Shown here: one piece after another, positions 35,048 through 37,187 of the stretch | Layout of the letters: every line of letters begins with the position of its first letter | Numbering within the stretch: position 1 is the first letter of the stretch | Assembly (NCBI RefSeq): GCF_001194135.2 | Contig: NC_068986.1 | Coordinates: 112,825,747-112,862,933 of the forward strand | DNA from: Octopus bimaculoides | Taxonomy: Eukaryota | Reading direction: 5' to 3' | DNA length: 37,187 nt | Program-made: the position numbers and the translations under genes | The notes under the pieces: generated by a model | Told to the model about the DNA's origin: nothing | Seen by the model: only the letters and a program-made list of their open reading frames with translations | Database searches by the model: none

Positions 35048-35297
35048 GCCAGAGTCCGCTCCGCTAGTAATATATTGTAAATAAAGCGGCCATCAGTCAC
35101 TGATTTGCAACAAGCAAAGCATATATTTATGAAATCTCAAGGAGTGATGAAAGTAATATAACTATACCAACAGTCGGGAACGCCTGGTTACCGTAGAGAT
35201 GGCTAGAGTGTCCGCAACCAACTACATTGCTTGTTGCAAATCAGTGAGCAATGGCCGCTTTGTTTACAATATATTGCTAGCTGGAACGGACTCTGGC
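35048..35297. repeat. Inverted repeat with 70/71-bp arms and a 109-bp spacer
   Basis: 35048-35117 versus the reverse complement of 35227-35297: 6 substitutions and 1 indel. Confidence 0.93.
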
Positions 35298-35564
35298 GAC
35301 CAGCTGTTCCCTACTGAAGATGAGCAAACTAGCTCGATACTGGGTCAATCACATGATCCTGTCGTCTGCTGGAGGATCGCTGCGGTTCGCTGGCAATATA
35401 TATGTACAGGGTGCAATGCTGCACCGAAAACCAGTTAGCAGACGATCTGTTGTAGCATGTAGTAACATGGAACAGCCACTTTGACGTGTCGATTAACATT
35501 ATTTGTTAGTAGCGTTACTACTCTCGTCTCTTCTTGAGGTTTTACAACTCGCTACTTTGCTTAT

Positions 35565-35601
35565 AACACACACATACACACATACACACATACACACACA
35601 T

Positions 35602-35666
<65 letters not shown>

Positions 35667-35670
35667 CAAG
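35565..35670. repeat. (CA)n(TA)n microsatellite
   Basis: Direct reading. Confidence 0.95.
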
Positions 35671-36592
35671 CATATACGTATGCATGCACATATAAAATAT
35701 ATATATACAATATTAAACATGTACATATACACACAGGGGACTACATGAGCACCTACATCGCTATAAAATAGACGTAAAAAATACTTCTGTACCACCGAAT
35801 AATCACAAATCTATTACAGACATAATAGGAAAAAATATCAGTGAACAACAATAACGTCTTACATCTACAGTTTTTATAGGCCTATGCATATTTTAGTATT
35901 GCTATCGGTTTAAAACGTTTATAGAAGCCATTTACTGTCTATGCAGTGGTTGTCTTAATATGTCTTTTGGTGGCATTCGACGTTATATCACACATGTTCA
36001 TTTACATAACAGAAATCATTAAGTTTCATAGACACAAAAGGTACAGATGAGATTACTCAAAGTGATTCATCATAATACTTCCTTAACAATTAAATATGTG
36101 GACCTTGGGGGTGACTAAATACAGCACCAATCTTGGTGGGATTTGATCTGACTCAGAATAGCATATAATTCACCGTATCACTTGTTTTTGCTCTCTCGTC
36201 GTTACGATCTCCCATTCTTTAGATTGTTTAAAATATGGCATATTCATAGATTGATCGACATAGGCGTAGGAAGACCGTAATTTAAAAGGAGCTGCAAGTT
36301 GCTTTAGCAATTAGGCTTTTGTATAAAATGTCCCTTCCACAAGCTGTTTTAAATCGAATATGCAGTTACGTTTTCTCTTTATTGATCCTACGGTTTCAAT
36401 GAAACACATATACCCTAAAATTTATGCAAATCATTAACATAATCTATGAATTCAAGATTTCTTTAAATATTTTTCTGCATTCGATTAACCATAGAGCATT
36501 GAACCAGATTATATTTATCGCTTCCCAAAATAACAAAAAATGAATTCATCTTCTCGTAGAGGGTTGAACTAAACACTGCCTACACACACACA

Positions 36593-36622
36593 TAGGGTCA
36601 TCCCATAAATAATGCGGTTTTT
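36593..36622 (+). mobile_element. Isolated mariner-like terminal inverted repeat preceded by TA
   Basis: TA|GGGTCATCCCATAAATAATGCGGTTTTT resembles the mariner-family TIR pattern (GGGT..C.ATAA.T..TGCGG.TTT). No partner end is seen in the window. Confidence 0.5.
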
Positions 36623-36946
36623 AATACTTTTATTTTTCAAAATTAATATAATTAACATAGTATACAGGCATAGTTAGAAGAAAATAAATAAAAGGAAAAG
36701 AAAAGGCAACGCAATATGTTCAATAGAGTACATTCATATTGAGAGGGAGAGTAGGAGTACTGGTTAGGAGTGGTTGTAAACACCGAAGTGAGGCAGGTAG
36801 AAGAGGGTAGAGTGGGTGGAAAAACGCGGTTGCACCACCGTCGAGAAAAGGTGCTTACTGCTGCATCCCTCGCTGCCCACCTGTAAATTTAAAGAGAGGC
36901 GCTAATTTGAATCTAACGGAAAACTAGCTTACTATTGGAATAATAT

Positions 36947-36968
36947 TGAATTATTATTATTATTATTA

Positions 36969-37003
<35 letters not shown>

Positions 37004-37005
37004 TT
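36947..37005. repeat. (TTA)n microsatellite
   Basis: Direct reading. Confidence 0.95.
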
Positions 37006-37187
37006 ATGTTTGACTTTTGTTTTGCATTTGTACAAGTTGGATCCAAGTCTCAGCCAGAGACCTCAAGAGACAACAAGTTAGAAGTTCATGTAGGTGTTAT
37101 GCCTAGGGTACCATATATTTGGATTTGTACAGTTTTGTTCTAGTGAATGTTTAAGAAACCATAAGAAAATTATGTGTTTGCTTTAAA

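Overview
AT-rich, gap-riddled animal DNA that reads as intronic or intergenic sequence from an octopus short-read assembly. The species call is an inference from the two recurrent tRNA-derived SINE families and the extreme microsatellite load. No host protein-coding gene can be called with confidence, and there are no rRNA, tRNA, CRISPR or prokaryotic features. Most ORFs in the supplied track are microsatellite or N-gap artefacts. The recognisable coding remnants are all transposon relics: an RTE-clade LINE 3' half (18985-20200, -), several RLE-type (R4/Dong-like) non-LTR fragments (17128-17230, 20200-21620, 23990-24660, 33175-33373), a second RTE scrap (26280-26500) and a decayed DD34D mariner transposase (33590-34605) split by a SINE. 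About 13 SINE copies of two families are present. The structures most worth follow-up are: a 103-nt near-perfect hairpin (1070-1172; pre-miRNA-like or MITE), a Penelope-type hammerhead-like motif (28213-28248, -), a 70-bp-arm inverted repeat without TSD (35048-35297), an RLE LINE family whose two copies both sit against (CATA)n, a TSD-flanked heterodimeric SINE (13221-13684) and an inverted SINE pair (14491-15095). I found no evidence for a complete novel multi-gene system. All family assignments are by motif recognition, not database search.
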